Below, piece after piece: positions 25,454-34,919 of a stretch of DNA of 64,000 nt. Position 1 is the first letter of the stretch; each line of letters begins with the position of its first letter. Under the pieces are notes generated by a model. It was not told the DNA's origin, searched no databases, and worked only from the letters and a program-made list of their open reading frames with translations. Made by a program: the position numbers and the translations under genes. Location: sequence record MH460460.1; one strand, 5' to 3'.

Positions 25454-28245
25454 TAGACGTATCCCACGTTAATCAGATTCAACATCGGATCTTCCAGAAT
25501 AACAGGAATATCATCGAGTGACGGAGAAGATGCACCACTAGAAGGAGAGCCGCTTGACCGTGCGCCACCGCCAGAAGATCCGGAACTACGTGCGCCACCG
25601 CCCGAAGGAGTTGTACTCGCAGTTTCAGTAACAGGTGCGGCAGCAGGAGCAGGCATTTCTTCCAAAGGTTTAACACGTTCAACCTCCGGCGAAACTTGTT
25701 CCTTCGTTGCCAAAGATTCACTGCGAACAGAAGTTGATTCCGGATCTTTATTCGCTGTAACAGTTCCAGCTTGAACTTGCTGGTTGCGAATAATTTCGTT
25801 GATCTTTTTATCATCATCACGCGTTACTTCGGGATGCGCTTTGATGTATGCAACTTTTCGCTGTAAGAAATCTTTGTGTTCACGGAGTTTCGCTAGTTCG
25901 GCTTCTTTTTCCGGAATAGATTTTTCTTCAAACGGAGCAGCAGGCGCAGGAGCAGGAGCCGCAGCATTTTTACGTGCATCATCGCGAACTTCTTGCGGAA
26001 CACCAATAGGAGTTTCGGCACGCGGCGCGTCACCAGTAGCAGTAGGTTTCGCTTCCACTTGTGCGTTTTGGCGTTGCAGTTCATCAGGTGAGAAAGTTCC
26101 TTCTTTCTTTTCTGTCTTAACAGGTTCAGCAGAAGCAGCTTGTTTCTCTTTATCCTGTTCATGAACTTTCTTGAGAACATCCAATTCTCTTTGAGTTCGC
26201 GCAGCAACACCTTGCTGAACTTGTACGCTACTGCTTCGGAAATCATTTTGCACATTCGCAAGTTTATCTTGCTGGATGGCTTCGATTCTTTCCTCTTCCG
26301 TCATACTGTTAAAATCTTTTCCTCTAAATGCACGTTGGATTTTATCAGCGGCATTGCCTCCATACTGCATAGAAGTGGAGTAAACCAATTCTTTAAAGGC
26401 ACGCCCTTGTTTATCCATATCAATACCCAAATTCTTTTCGAGCTTTTCCGCAGTTGGTGCGTAGTGAGTTCGAACCAGATATTGATATTGTGCATCCTCC
26501 ATATCTTTCCCGCGTGTCGCTGCAACTTGACGATAACGTTCGTTAAATGCAGCGGTTCCCGGCGTCAATCCCATGAATTCGCCTGAAAGATCTTTCGCTT
26601 CCGGAGACGCAAGAAATTGCGACATACTTCCGTTAGCAGATGCGAGTTGATGTTTACCGTAACTAACACCGCCGTAATCGCCAGCGCCACTACTTACTGT
26701 TCCAACACCTCTACCGCCACTCTCAAACTGTTCTGATACCCCACCGATTTTTTCGCTACTCAAAACTTTCTGAGCAATATCGTTTGCGCGTTGAGAAGTT
26801 TGTCCGGGGAATCGTGCAGGGCCACCGCCACCAAATCCGTAATTGAATCCAGCAGCCGCACCAGTTGGACTAGCACCGCCCAAAGCAAGCGGCATAAAGA
26901 TTGGCGCAGCATAACGCGAAGCAACAGGATTATCTAACAGCGATGCTTCCTGATCTTCTTTCTCTCTGCGTTTGCGATCTTCTTCGATTGCTTCATCAGT
27001 TTCATCAGAAATTTTCTCTCCGACAAAACTACCGATCTTATCTCCGAGATAACCGCCAAGCAAACCGCCGAGAGTTGCGCCGATTGCAGTACCGAAAACC
27101 GGAACAATACTGCCGATAGTGCCACCTGCCCACATACCGATTGCTGTACCAGTTGCAGCGCCGCCAGTGGAAGTTATGTTTTGAACTTGAGCTTTTTTCT
27201 TCTCTTGTTCCGAAAGCGTATCATCATGCGCAATCTGATAGCTGTTATAAACACCATCAGCCGCAGTGACCGCAGCGCCTACGCCGGGAACACGTTTCGC
27301 ACCTGCAAGTAAAAGCGCCGCAGTTGTTCCGGTATCCCACATCGCATCCTGCTTATCACGCGCTTCTTCTTTTTCTGCAATTTGCTGTTCAGTCAAAGGA
27401 GGCTTAACAGTTTGATCTGCGCGTGGAACTTCTGTTCCTGTTTGTGCAGGTTTCGGCGTTGCTTCTTCCGGTTGTGCTACGGAGGCAGTCGGATTTTGCT
27501 GTTCGGAATTTTCATCGCCGTAGTTATCATGACCGTCTTCCAGATTTTCACTGGAATCAGATTTCATTAAATAACCTGCGCCCAAACCGGTAGCGGCAAG
27601 CGCAACTAAACCTGCGATTTTTCCGGCGCGACTTCTACCAAAACGACCGAGACGCATACGGCGTAAACGACTGCGAGAGCTTCGCGATCCTCTGCGCCCA
27701 TTTCGTTGACGACGTTTGCCTCGTTCATCAGCACCATTACCATCAGGCAGAAGATCATCAACCCCTAATCCATCATCACCGCCACCGCCGCGAGTATCGC
27801 GGTCAGTTGATGGAGGCGCAATAGATGAATCAGCTTTTGCTTTATGATCATCAAGAAACGCACGTTGTTGTGTCCACTTCAACCAATCCGCTAAAGTTTT
27901 CGCAACCTGTTTTGTTGAGGAAGTTGATTCATCAACAGACTTGATTAAATCATTTGTGTCTTCGCTTTGTTCTGCAAAAACAGTTTCCAGCGCTTTAACA
28001 ACATCGCGATTATCAGGTCTTGTTGTTGTAGTTTGTTGAGCACGCATTTCACGATTTGCTTTTCGCGATCCGGTGCCAACATACTCTTCGTAATATTCAA
28101 AACCTTCCGGAAACATTTCAGTAAGGCTTTTCTTTTTACGCTTTCTCTTTGGAGCACCTTGAGCCTGAATGTGTGCATCGTCAGCGTGACTCATCATCAA
28201 TTCAAGCGCAGATAGTTGTTCCTCAGAGATCATAGATGCGTCCAT
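25453..28245 (-). CDS. Tape-measure-like protein with a lysozyme-like (VgrG3 C-terminal type) domain
   Basis: Helical N-terminus, Gly-zipper hydrophobic segments (GMWAGGTIGSIVPVFGTAIGATLGGLLGG), then IGGVSEQFESGGRGVGTVSSGAGDYGGVSYGKHQL. Confidence 0.7.
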   Translation of the reverse strand: MDASMISEEQLSALELMMSHADDAHIQAQGAPKRKRKKKSLTEMFPEGFEYYEEYVGTGSRKANREMRAQQTTTTRPDNRDVVKALETVFAEQSEDTNDLIKSVDESTSSTKQVAKTLADWLKWTQQRAFLDDHKAKADSSIAPPSTDRDTRGGGGDDGLGVDDLLPDGNGADERGKRRQRNGRRGSRSSRSRLRRMRLGRFGRSRAGKIAGLVALAATGLGAGYLMKSDSSENLEDGHDNYGDENSEQQNPTASVAQPEEATPKPAQTGTEVPRADQTVKPPLTEQQIAEKEEARDKQDAMWDTGTTAALLLAGAKRVPGVGAAVTAADGVYNSYQIAHDDTLSEQEKKKAQVQNITSTGGAATGTAIGMWAGGTIGSIVPVFGTAIGATLGGLLGGYLGDKIGSFVGEKISDETDEAIEEDRKRREKEDQEASLLDNPVASRYAAPIFMPLALGGASPTGAAAGFNYGFGGGGPARFPGQTSQRANDIAQKVLSSEKIGGVSEQFESGGRGVGTVSSGAGDYGGVSYGKHQLASANGSMSQFLASPEAKDLSGEFMGLTPGTAAFNERYRQVAATRGKDMEDAQYQYLVRTHYAPTAEKLEKNLGIDMDKQGRAFKELVYSTSMQYGGNAADKIQRAFRGKDFNSMTEEERIEAIQQDKLANVQNDFRSSSVQVQQGVAARTQRELDVLKKVHEQDKEKQAASAEPVKTEKKEGTFSPDELQRQNAQVEAKPTATGDAPRAETPIGVPQEVRDDARKNAAAPAPAPAAPFEEKSIPEKEAELAKLREHKDFLQRKVAYIKAHPEVTRDDDKKINEIIRNQQVQAGTVTANKDPESTSVRSESLATKEQVSPEVERVKPLEEMPAPAAAPVTETASTTPSGGGARSSGSSGGGARSSGSPSSGASSPSLDDIPVILEDPMLNLINVGYV

Positions 28246-29087
28246 TAGCCTCTGCCCTTACCTCGCGATGCAAGGAATTTGCGACGTTCTTCTTCCGCAG
28301 CATTTCGATCTTTAATGTAGCAACTGTACCAATACAGAAGTTTCATTAACGCGCCATCATCCGGGAAATAAATTTTATTAGATGCGGCTAAATCAAGCGA
28401 CATATTCATCAACGATTGATCGCTGTATGTTCGCAGGTGACTTAAAATTTCGATTGGCTGCAATGTAGTGTATTGACGAAAACAGTGGTTACACTTGAAG
28501 CGAGTTTCCAGTTCGCAAATACGAAACGAAACCTGACGAGCTTTGTGTAACGTGGAGAGATCGGAAAGCTGAATAGTAGTTTCCAAATCAACATCACTAT
28601 CAATCCAAATTGCGGCTTCCGCTTCCGAACCGTATTTGTCGAGTAAATCAAAATGCTCTACCCAACGTCGAACAGTAGGATGTTTAAAGCCTTCTGGCAT
28701 TTCGTGCCACGGATAAACTTTGATTTGTTGTCTCGCAATTTCTTCGGTGTTCAGTTTATTGCATTCGATTTGGCGAGAGCGAACACGCGGCGGCCTATCA
28801 TAATGACGTTGACCGTCGCTTGTGATAAAGAAAGGCAGAACACAATTCCAGTTGTATATTCTATGGCTATCAGGCCAACTGCTTTTCTCAAACATCAAGA
28901 TGAAGTAACGGAAATCTTCTAAGAGCATATCCATCAAATCAACATTCGTGAAATGCTGTAGCGTTTGCACAAACATTTCTGGCAGGACGTATTTCTGCGC
29001 ATTGTACAAGCTAGGCATGTAATTAACGGTGAATTGTTTTTCAATGCGCACATCAACACGCCCGGAGGGGAGCGCTATCTCAAGCAT
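28245..29087 (-). CDS. Baseplate/tail assembly chaperone (T4 gp26-like), paralog A
   Basis: LPSG start, FKCNHC zinc motif, and position before the tape measure gene. Confidence 0.5.
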   Translation of the reverse strand: MLEIALPSGRVDVRIEKQFTVNYMPSLYNAQKYVLPEMFVQTLQHFTNVDLMDMLLEDFRYFILMFEKSSWPDSHRIYNWNCVLPFFITSDGQRHYDRPPRVRSRQIECNKLNTEEIARQQIKVYPWHEMPEGFKHPTVRRWVEHFDLLDKYGSEAEAAIWIDSDVDLETTIQLSDLSTLHKARQVSFRICELETRFKCNHCFRQYTTLQPIEILSHLRTYSDQSLMNMSLDLAASNKIYFPDDGALMKLLYWYSCYIKDRNAAEEERRKFLASRGKGRG

Positions 29088-29802
29088 GTTCGAAAATCTT
29101 CGCTTTCATTTCCCATGTACGATCTGATTCGCGTTTGCAAACCGGACACGACATAGTAATTGTGGTTGGAATTCCGTGCTGCGCCGCTTTAACCCACTCA
29201 TCTAAACGCATCCAGAGATTTAAATCCGTTTGCCTTTCAAGAAGCGCATAGTTTTCATCGAAGTTAAGACCCATATGCGCTACAAACCAATTGAAGCGCG
29301 ACTCATGAGCAACTTCGTAATTGCGCATACGAGGCAAATCAAACTCATCGGAATTCGCACGGAGAGTTAAAACTGTCACGGCTGATTCATCAATGACGCC
29401 TACGTTATGCGCATCACAAGGAAACGTATTTAATGGAAGTTCATCGTCATCACGCAGATCCGGAAACACCCCATTCGCATATTCAAACAGAGGCTTGTTA
29501 CACGTCCAGAAAACTCGAAGCGGAAAATTCTCAATCAACATGCGTTGCTGAAAAACAAGCGCGTGTGCATCCTGAATTGAAAGCATATCAATAGGAATAG
29601 AAAGAACTTCCGGAAGTGCCTCAAGAAGAATAGGCGCGAGATTATCTTGTTCGATAGCTTTTGAAATATGATACGCTTGCTTTCCGCTAAACGGTTTCAT
29701 ATCAAAAGAAGGAGGAAGGCCAGATTTCCAGCCAGCGGAAGGAAGGCTGCGAGTGATGATTTCCATAAGTGTTTCCTTAAAACAGTAATCGTTGCGCGTC
29801 AC
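29080..29802 (-). CDS. Baseplate/tail assembly chaperone (T4 gp26-like), paralog B
   Basis: LPSAGW..., MSCPVCKRES motif; similar layout to paralog A. Confidence 0.5.
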   Translation of the reverse strand: MTRNDYCFKETLMEIITRSLPSAGWKSGLPPSFDMKPFSGKQAYHISKAIEQDNLAPILLEALPEVLSIPIDMLSIQDAHALVFQQRMLIENFPLRVFWTCNKPLFEYANGVFPDLRDDDELPLNTFPCDAHNVGVIDESAVTVLTLRANSDEFDLPRMRNYEVAHESRFNWFVAHMGLNFDENYALLERQTDLNLWMRLDEWVKAAQHGIPTTITMSCPVCKRESDRTWEMKAKIFEHA

Positions 29803-30289
29803 ATTTCCATTGAATCGTCATAACACCGCGACCACCTGTTCCGTTAAGTTGCAACGACTGCATACCGATAGGCCACACGTTACGAACTTCGGAAGTAGCG
29901 ATCACATTGCCTTTGATATCAAAGAGTGCGACGCGTAAACGTTTTTTATAAGCGGAAGGGAGATTGAATCCACCAGTATACGGATTCTGAATCAGAGTTT
30001 GCCAGCTTTGAAAATATTTCATCAGCGCCGCTTTCTGATCAATCCCCCATTGAGAAGAAAAGCCATCAATGCTACTTCCATGAGGCCAGTGAATTTGAGT
30101 GCTCGCAACCTCTTTGGATTTTTCCGTATAAACAGGAAAAGGCAATTCGATCTCTTCGCACGCAAGAGGACTTAAACTAACGCCCCCAATTGTAGGAAGA
30201 GAAACGATTCGCCACTTTTCTGTAGTAAACGGATCAGCCAAACCGGGAGCGCTCGCATCCATTAATTCAGTAAGCGTTACGGCAGGCAT
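29777..30289 (-). CDS. Tail tube paralog (gp19-like fold)
   Basis: MPAVTLTEL..DP and NVWPIGMQSLQL parallel MPKVTLTEF..DP and GVWPKQVPDLQF of the tube gene; start moved to 30289 (GGAG RBS). Confidence 0.7.
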   Translation of the reverse strand: MPAVTLTELMDASAPGLADPFTTEKWRIVSLPTIGGVSLSPLACEEIELPFPVYTEKSKEVASTQIHWPHGSSIDGFSSQWGIDQKAALMKYFQSWQTLIQNPYTGGFNLPSAYKKRLRVALFDIKGNVIATSEVRNVWPIGMQSLQLNGTGGRGVMTIQWKCDAQRLLF

Positions 30290-30291
30290 AA

Positions 30292-30960
30292 TTATTTCTC
30301 CACGATGATCAAACATGGACGCATAGCGCCGTCAATTTTAATCATAGCCGCACCGACAATGTAACCACGCGGAATAACTTTCAGCACTGCATCTTCAAGC
30401 GCTTGTTCCCATTTGTCTTTCGGCTTGCCGTCAAAGGGAGTATAAGTATCCGTCGCATCATAGTAATTATAAGTTTCAGTTGTTGGCATAGGAACGCCAG
30501 CAAGAAACTCTAAACGATTTGCGCCAGAAATTTTCGCCTTACGAATTGCTTCTGTCAGTTTTTTATTTTCTTTGCCGACAGAGTTATCCACTTCGTAGAT
30601 ACGTGCTTCCATCGGTGCATCTTTTGGCTTAGTAGGAAGTTTTTCTTGAGCCGTGGTATTTGCTTTCTTACCAGTGACTTTGATTCCCTTCACCTTGCCA
30701 GTAAACGGACGCGAACGACCTAACAGAGAGCGTGCAGTTTTAGCGTCAATCAGAAAAACAACATCGGGATCGTCACGGTGCAGCACATAGATTTTATTCT
30801 TAATGATGCACACACCAAAAACATCTTTGGCTTCGATATCCGCCTCAAAATCTTTGTTCTCGACATAAACTTTTCGAGCACCTTCGAAACGATACCAGTC
30901 ACAATCTTCGATTTTGATTTTCGGTAAACGCGGAGCAGATACACTCACAAAAAACAGCAT
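30292..30960 (-). CDS. Hypothetical protein carrying the recurrent WYxFxG domain
   Basis: GAGG RBS; DWYRFEGARK...IEAKDVFGV segment. Confidence 0.65.
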   Translation of the reverse strand: MLFFVSVSAPRLPKIKIEDCDWYRFEGARKVYVENKDFEADIEAKDVFGVCIIKNKIYVLHRDDPDVVFLIDAKTARSLLGRSRPFTGKVKGIKVTGKKANTTAQEKLPTKPKDAPMEARIYEVDNSVGKENKKLTEAIRKAKISGANRLEFLAGVPMPTTETYNYYDATDTYTPFDGKPKDKWEQALEDAVLKVIPRGYIVGAAMIKIDGAMRPCLIIVEK

Positions 30961-30981
30961 ACAGTTACCTCAAATCAGAAG

Positions 30982-30997
30982 TGGGGCCGAAGCCCCA
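30982..30997 (-). terminator. UUCG stem-loop after the tail tube gene (weak terminator or stabiliser)
   Basis: TGGGGC-TTCG-GCCCCA, identical to 53931-53946, but with a poor U-tract. Confidence 0.65.
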
Positions 30998-31002
30998 ACT
31001 TA

Positions 31003-31518
31003 TTAAGATTTCGGCTTAACGTAGTCGAACGACCACTCAACAGTAACAGGGATTGCCTGAGCCGTGCCGTTGAATTGCAGATCCGGAACCTGCTTAGGCC
31101 ACACGCCGAAAATTTCATACTCACCTGCAATGCTGCCGTCCTGTTTAAAGATACGGAAGATTGCTTTCGTTGCGTATTCAGCTTTCGTTGCACCCAACTG
31201 AGTTTCGGTAGCACGAACCATTTCGTGCCATTTTTCCAACGGCTTGTACACAGCCATTTCAGCGTTTTCGTTGAATTCGGTTGAGAAGCTATGCGTAAAA
31301 GTTTTACGGCCTGCATAGTTCAACTGAAAACCGAACGCTTCTTTCAAAACTTCTTCCAGCGTTGAGCCGGGTTTCGCACCAGTTTTACACTGAATGCGCA
31401 ACATAGAAGTATAGGACGTTCCACCAACAGCAGCAGGAACGTTGAACAGCATTTCGAAGTTATCATCCAGCAGCGGATCGCCAGTGGATGCAAATTCAGT
31501 TAGAGTTACCTTTGGCAT
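31003..31518 (-). CDS. Tail tube protein (T4 gp19-like)
   Basis: Directly after the sheath gene; YAGRKTF...FNE...WHEMV...IFGVWPKQV.DLQF...VEWSFDY. Confidence 0.88.
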   Translation of the reverse strand: MPKVTLTEFASTGDPLLDDNFEMLFNVPAAVGGTSYTSMLRIQCKTGAKPGSTLEEVLKEAFGFQLNYAGRKTFTHSFSTEFNENAEMAVYKPLEKWHEMVRATETQLGATKAEYATKAIFRIFKQDGSIAGEYEIFGVWPKQVPDLQFNGTAQAIPVTVEWSFDYVKPKS

Positions 31519-31532
31519 TTTCTAAATTCTCC

Positions 31533-33218
31533 TTAGATTGCGCCGCGATTGATCAGATCGATAGCGTACTGAATATCACCGACAGGCGGCACAATTGCAG
31601 TAACGTGAATACGTTTCGTGTAACGAGTCGGATCAAGGAAGATATCAATGATCAGATCGCCACGCGCTTCGTCCTGCGTAGAGTTGTTGGTGTAGTCACA
31701 AACAACTTCATACCAATCCAAACCACGACCCAAGCGAATAGGTTCCAGAATACTTTCCATTCCGGTAATCTGCGCTTGTTTCAAAATGTCGTCGTTAGGT
31801 TCGAACACCGCACGCAAGTTATTTGCGCGCGCAGAAGCATGAAGCATTGCCAGCAGACGGCGAACACCAATATCGTTCAATGCCGATTTGGTTGTCATCG
31901 CTGTATCTGCGCCCCACAGGAAAATGCCTTCGCCTTCAAAAACTGCAATCGGGTTGATTTGGTTTTCAACCAGAACATCACGATCATTCAGTTTAAAACG
32001 GTGACGAACATCAGTTGCGAAATCAATGTTACCACGATTCAAACCGCCCGGTGCGAGCCAGCTTGCAATCTGATCCGTGTTCAACATACAGTACGCCATG
32101 CACACGGAAGCCGGAACATAAAAATCGCGAGCGTTTGCAGTATCACGCGCTTTCACGTCGCTGTTACAGATCGCAGACCAACTATCAGTGATAGTAAATT
32201 CTGCGCCTTGATATGCTTTGATGCCGCGACGATATGCAACAGCGTTATCGCGAGCCTGCATACTAACAGGAATACCGACCGTAGAAATACAGTCCATGCG
32301 CGTTTGAGCGAGTTCGTTGATCTTGTTTGCGATAACCGGATGTTCGATACCACCAGAGCAAAGAATGCCGCAAGCGATTTGTTCCCAATCCTGATAGTTA
32401 TCCCAACCTTCCAGAATTGCAGCAAGCGAGTTGTTTGCAATTGTCTGATCAGAATGATCAACGTCGATGATATCACCAGAACTTGCACCAACAAATTGAC
32501 CGTTAATTGCAGTCGGATTTGTCGGATCGTAAGGGCCACCGCCGATAGCGTTGAACAGAACGAAATTCGGATCGTCCAACAGTTTGTAGTTATCTTCGTT
32601 CAAACGGAAACGAATATAATTGGAGTTGTTGTTAATCACGTCTTCGATGAAGAATTGATTTCCTGCATCATCACGCCAGTAGAAGTTAGTCACGGAATGC
32701 GACTCAACAGGCGTGAGATTGTTGCCTACATAAACACGAATCAGCGCTTTGATACCAAGCGGATCATTCGTGTCAGGCTGGAAAGAAATCCAAATGTCGT
32801 TTGCTTCGTCGTACTGAGACAGCGAATAAAACAGACCGATATCTTCGGAACGAAACGCAACCTGATCCGGATCTTCAAAACCTGCATCGCTAACAGGGCG
32901 CAGCGTGGCAAGGTTGTTGAACATCGTTGCAAACACGCCGCCATATTTCGCATTGAGAGCAACGCGAGTTACATTCAAACGACGAGCTTTCGTCATAAGA
33001 ATTTTAGCGATTAAAACGTTGATTGCATAACGACCCGTAGGTGAACCAAGTTTCGTTTCGATTTCATCTTTAGAAGTGATGGTAATATTTTTGCCGATTT
33101 CACCTTTCGGGAATGGCAGCACCAGCGTGCAATATCCGTTGGTAACAAGAGTAGTCGAACCACTCCGGTCATTCTCCATCGTATACGTGCCAGCGCTCGG
33201 ATGATCAGGAAGTAGCAT
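31533..33218 (-). CDS. Tail sheath protein 1
   Basis: HPSAGTY start, WLAPGGLNRG, LVENQINPI, IGVRRLL and VFEPND sheath motifs; start moved to 33218. Confidence 0.92.
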   Translation of the reverse strand: MLLPDHPSAGTYTMENDRSGSTTLVTNGYCTLVLPFPKGEIGKNITITSKDEIETKLGSPTGRYAINVLIAKILMTKARRLNVTRVALNAKYGGVFATMFNNLATLRPVSDAGFEDPDQVAFRSEDIGLFYSLSQYDEANDIWISFQPDTNDPLGIKALIRVYVGNNLTPVESHSVTNFYWRDDAGNQFFIEDVINNNSNYIRFRLNEDNYKLLDDPNFVLFNAIGGGPYDPTNPTAINGQFVGASSGDIIDVDHSDQTIANNSLAAILEGWDNYQDWEQIACGILCSGGIEHPVIANKINELAQTRMDCISTVGIPVSMQARDNAVAYRRGIKAYQGAEFTITDSWSAICNSDVKARDTANARDFYVPASVCMAYCMLNTDQIASWLAPGGLNRGNIDFATDVRHRFKLNDRDVLVENQINPIAVFEGEGIFLWGADTAMTTKSALNDIGVRRLLAMLHASARANNLRAVFEPNDDILKQAQITGMESILEPIRLGRGLDWYEVVCDYTNNSTQDEARGDLIIDIFLDPTRYTKRIHVTAIVPPVGDIQYAIDLINRGAI

Positions 33219-33255
33219 TATTATCTCCAAACAGCATGAAAACGTTGACTGTTTA

Positions 33256-33262
33256 AAATTAG
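33256..33262 (-). promoter_or_regulatory. Candidate late promoter CTAATTT
   Basis: cGCTAATTTTAA lies 38 nt upstream of the sheath start. Confidence 0.55.
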
Positions 33263-33275
33263 CGTACCGGAACGA

Positions 33276-33620
33276 TTAATACTGAATCACATGAACTCTT
33301 TGTTCAACTTCGGAAACTAAAATTGATTCCGGAAGTGCGCCAGTAAGTAAAAGTTGTCCGTGAATATCAACATACACACTTCCGATTTGAATCTTCAACG
33401 GTTCGCCAGTGTCGATATGCAGGAAACCTTTTGTTGCAGGTAAAGCATATCCTTTTGGCCCGACGATAACAGAAATGGAATTAAAAATTTCATCTTCCGG
33501 AACACCGACTGCGTGCGTCTGAGATCGAATAGCCGTGTTGTGATTTTGGGTAACTTCACGCACCCGCGAATCAACAACCAATGTTCTCTCAAGAGAACGG
33601 TATCGAGTTTTCTTAAACAT
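33276..33620 (-). CDS. Hypothetical protein (possible neck/head-tail component)
   Basis: Start moved to MFKKTR at 33620 (GAGG RBS); lies between the head and sheath genes. Confidence 0.55.
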   Translation of the reverse strand: MFKKTRYRSLERTLVVDSRVREVTQNHNTAIRSQTHAVGVPEDEIFNSISVIVGPKGYALPATKGFLHIDTGEPLKIQIGSVYVDIHGQLLLTGALPESILVSEVEQRVHVIQY

Positions 33621-33621
33621 A

Positions 33622-34284
33622 TTATTCCTCGTCCGGAACAAAATCGGCTTCACCAACATCAATTTCCGTATTCATTGTGATTTCGCCGTAGTTATTTATT
33701 TTCGCAGTATCCATATTGAAACCGATTTTAGATTGAATCGTAAAAGGGATTTCAATTTCCATACTGCCGGGAGTAGAACCGTCATCCATATCTTCAATGT
33801 TAGGGAACGGAATACTATCGCCGTCAATTAAAAATCGAACAGTCCATTTTGTTGTTGGCATTTCAAGTTCAAACGCCAGCATTTCAACAGTGTGTGCAAT
33901 CATCAATTGCTGAGAAAATAAAATTGCTTGCTCGTAGTTCATAAACTTCAAGTACAAACTTCCGGACAGCGTAATCGGAAGATAGAAGTTTCGAATCACG
34001 ATTGCGTTTGTTGGTTCCTTGCCAATAGCCCAACCAGATCCAAAGCGTCCGATGTTTTTTCCGTTGGCAAGTAACTCACGATTCAAAGCGAAGTTGGTAA
34101 TCTTAAACCAACCATAAGGATAGTCAGTGCTTTGATTGAACACCGCACGCAAACCTTGTTTCGGGTTATTGTGCATACTGAAAACAAATCGCGTTAGACC
34201 GAAGCCGCGTCGAATCTGACGTTGCACGCCAAACAGAGTTGCTTTAAGTGACGTACTTTGTTTTACGATCTGGTCAATGCTCAT
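33622..34284 (-). CDS. Putative tail completion/terminator-like protein
   Basis: Start moved to MSIDQI at 34284. Position between capsid and sheath and a beta-rich composition; the function is inferred from synteny. Confidence 0.4.
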   Translation of the reverse strand: MSIDQIVKQSTSLKATLFGVQRQIRRGFGLTRFVFSMHNNPKQGLRAVFNQSTDYPYGWFKITNFALNRELLANGKNIGRFGSGWAIGKEPTNAIVIRNFYLPITLSGSLYLKFMNYEQAILFSQQLMIAHTVEMLAFELEMPTTKWTVRFLIDGDSIPFPNIEDMDDGSTPGSMEIEIPFTIQSKIGFNMDTAKINNYGEITMNTEIDVGEADFVPDEE

Positions 34285-34303
34285 ATGAATTTTTCCGAAG
34301 CAG

Positions 34304-34333
34304 AAACAAAAAAGGAGGCCAAAAGGCCCCCTT
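34304..34333 (-). terminator. Rho-independent terminator ending the head operon
   Basis: AAGGGGGCC-TTTT-GGCCTCCTT followed by TTTTGTTTCTG. Confidence 0.85.
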
Positions 34334-34354
34334 AGTTTTACCCGCAGAGGGGCA

Positions 34355-34828
34355 TTATTTAATGCGCAGACGCAGACCAGAGGAAGATGATTCAAACTCA
34401 CCATCATCATTTGATTCTTCGTCATCGCCTTCGAATTCGAGATCATCGAGTTCGTCATCTTCAATCAGCAAATCATCTTCTTCATCTTCCGGTTCATCTT
34501 CCGGATCGCCTAGTGAAAGGGATTCGAAATCGTCGCCATCATACAGAGATTGTTGTTTCGCCTTAGAAGTTGTCGTTACCAAAGCAGCAGAAAGCGCTTG
34601 CACGGAATCGGCAAGCGAAGAACTTGCGGCGCTAACTGATTCACAAGGATTTGCACACACATCAATTAGAGTGCTTGCCTCAACGCTATCAGATAACTGA
34701 CACGTTAAGAAATCTTCGCAATCAGGAGCGTGAGCAGCTTGTACCAAAATACGAGCTACATCTTCCCACTGGTTTTCGCGTGCCGCAACAATCGCAAGAG
34801 CAGCTAGGGAACCTGTCAACGTTTTCAT
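34355..34828 (-). CDS. Acidic hypothetical protein (157 aa)
   Basis: AAGGA RBS; D/E-rich C-terminal third; directly after the capsid gene. Confidence 0.7.
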   Translation of the reverse strand: MKTLTGSLAALAIVAARENQWEDVARILVQAAHAPDCEDFLTCQLSDSVEASTLIDVCANPCESVSAASSSLADSVQALSAALVTTTSKAKQQSLYDGDDFESLSLGDPEDEPEDEEDDLLIEDDELDDLEFEGDDEESNDDGEFESSSSGLRLRIK

Positions 34829-34843
34829 AAAAGTTCCTTAGAT

Positions 34844-34873
34844 AAAAGAGGGAACACAATTTCTCATGTTCCC
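34844..34873 (-). terminator. Stem-loop/terminator after the capsid gene
   Basis: GGGAACA...TGTTCCC followed by TCTTTT. Confidence 0.6.
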
Positions 34874-34881
34874 GACTTTAA

Positions 34882-34913
34882 AAAGTTTCTCGCAATTTCT
34901 CGCAAGAAACTTT
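34882..34913 (-). promoter_or_regulatory. 14-bp GAAA-tetraloop hairpin immediately 3' of the capsid stop
   Basis: AAAGUUUCUUGCGA-GAAA-UUGCGAGAAACUUU with two G-U pairs on the minus strand. Confidence 0.65.
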
Positions 34914-34919
34914 CTGCAA

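Noticed and set aside
30969-30978. CTGATTTGAG as another late-promoter variant
   Set aside because: It lies only about 11 nt from the start codon and overlaps the RBS, unlike the 23-41 nt spacing of the other sites.
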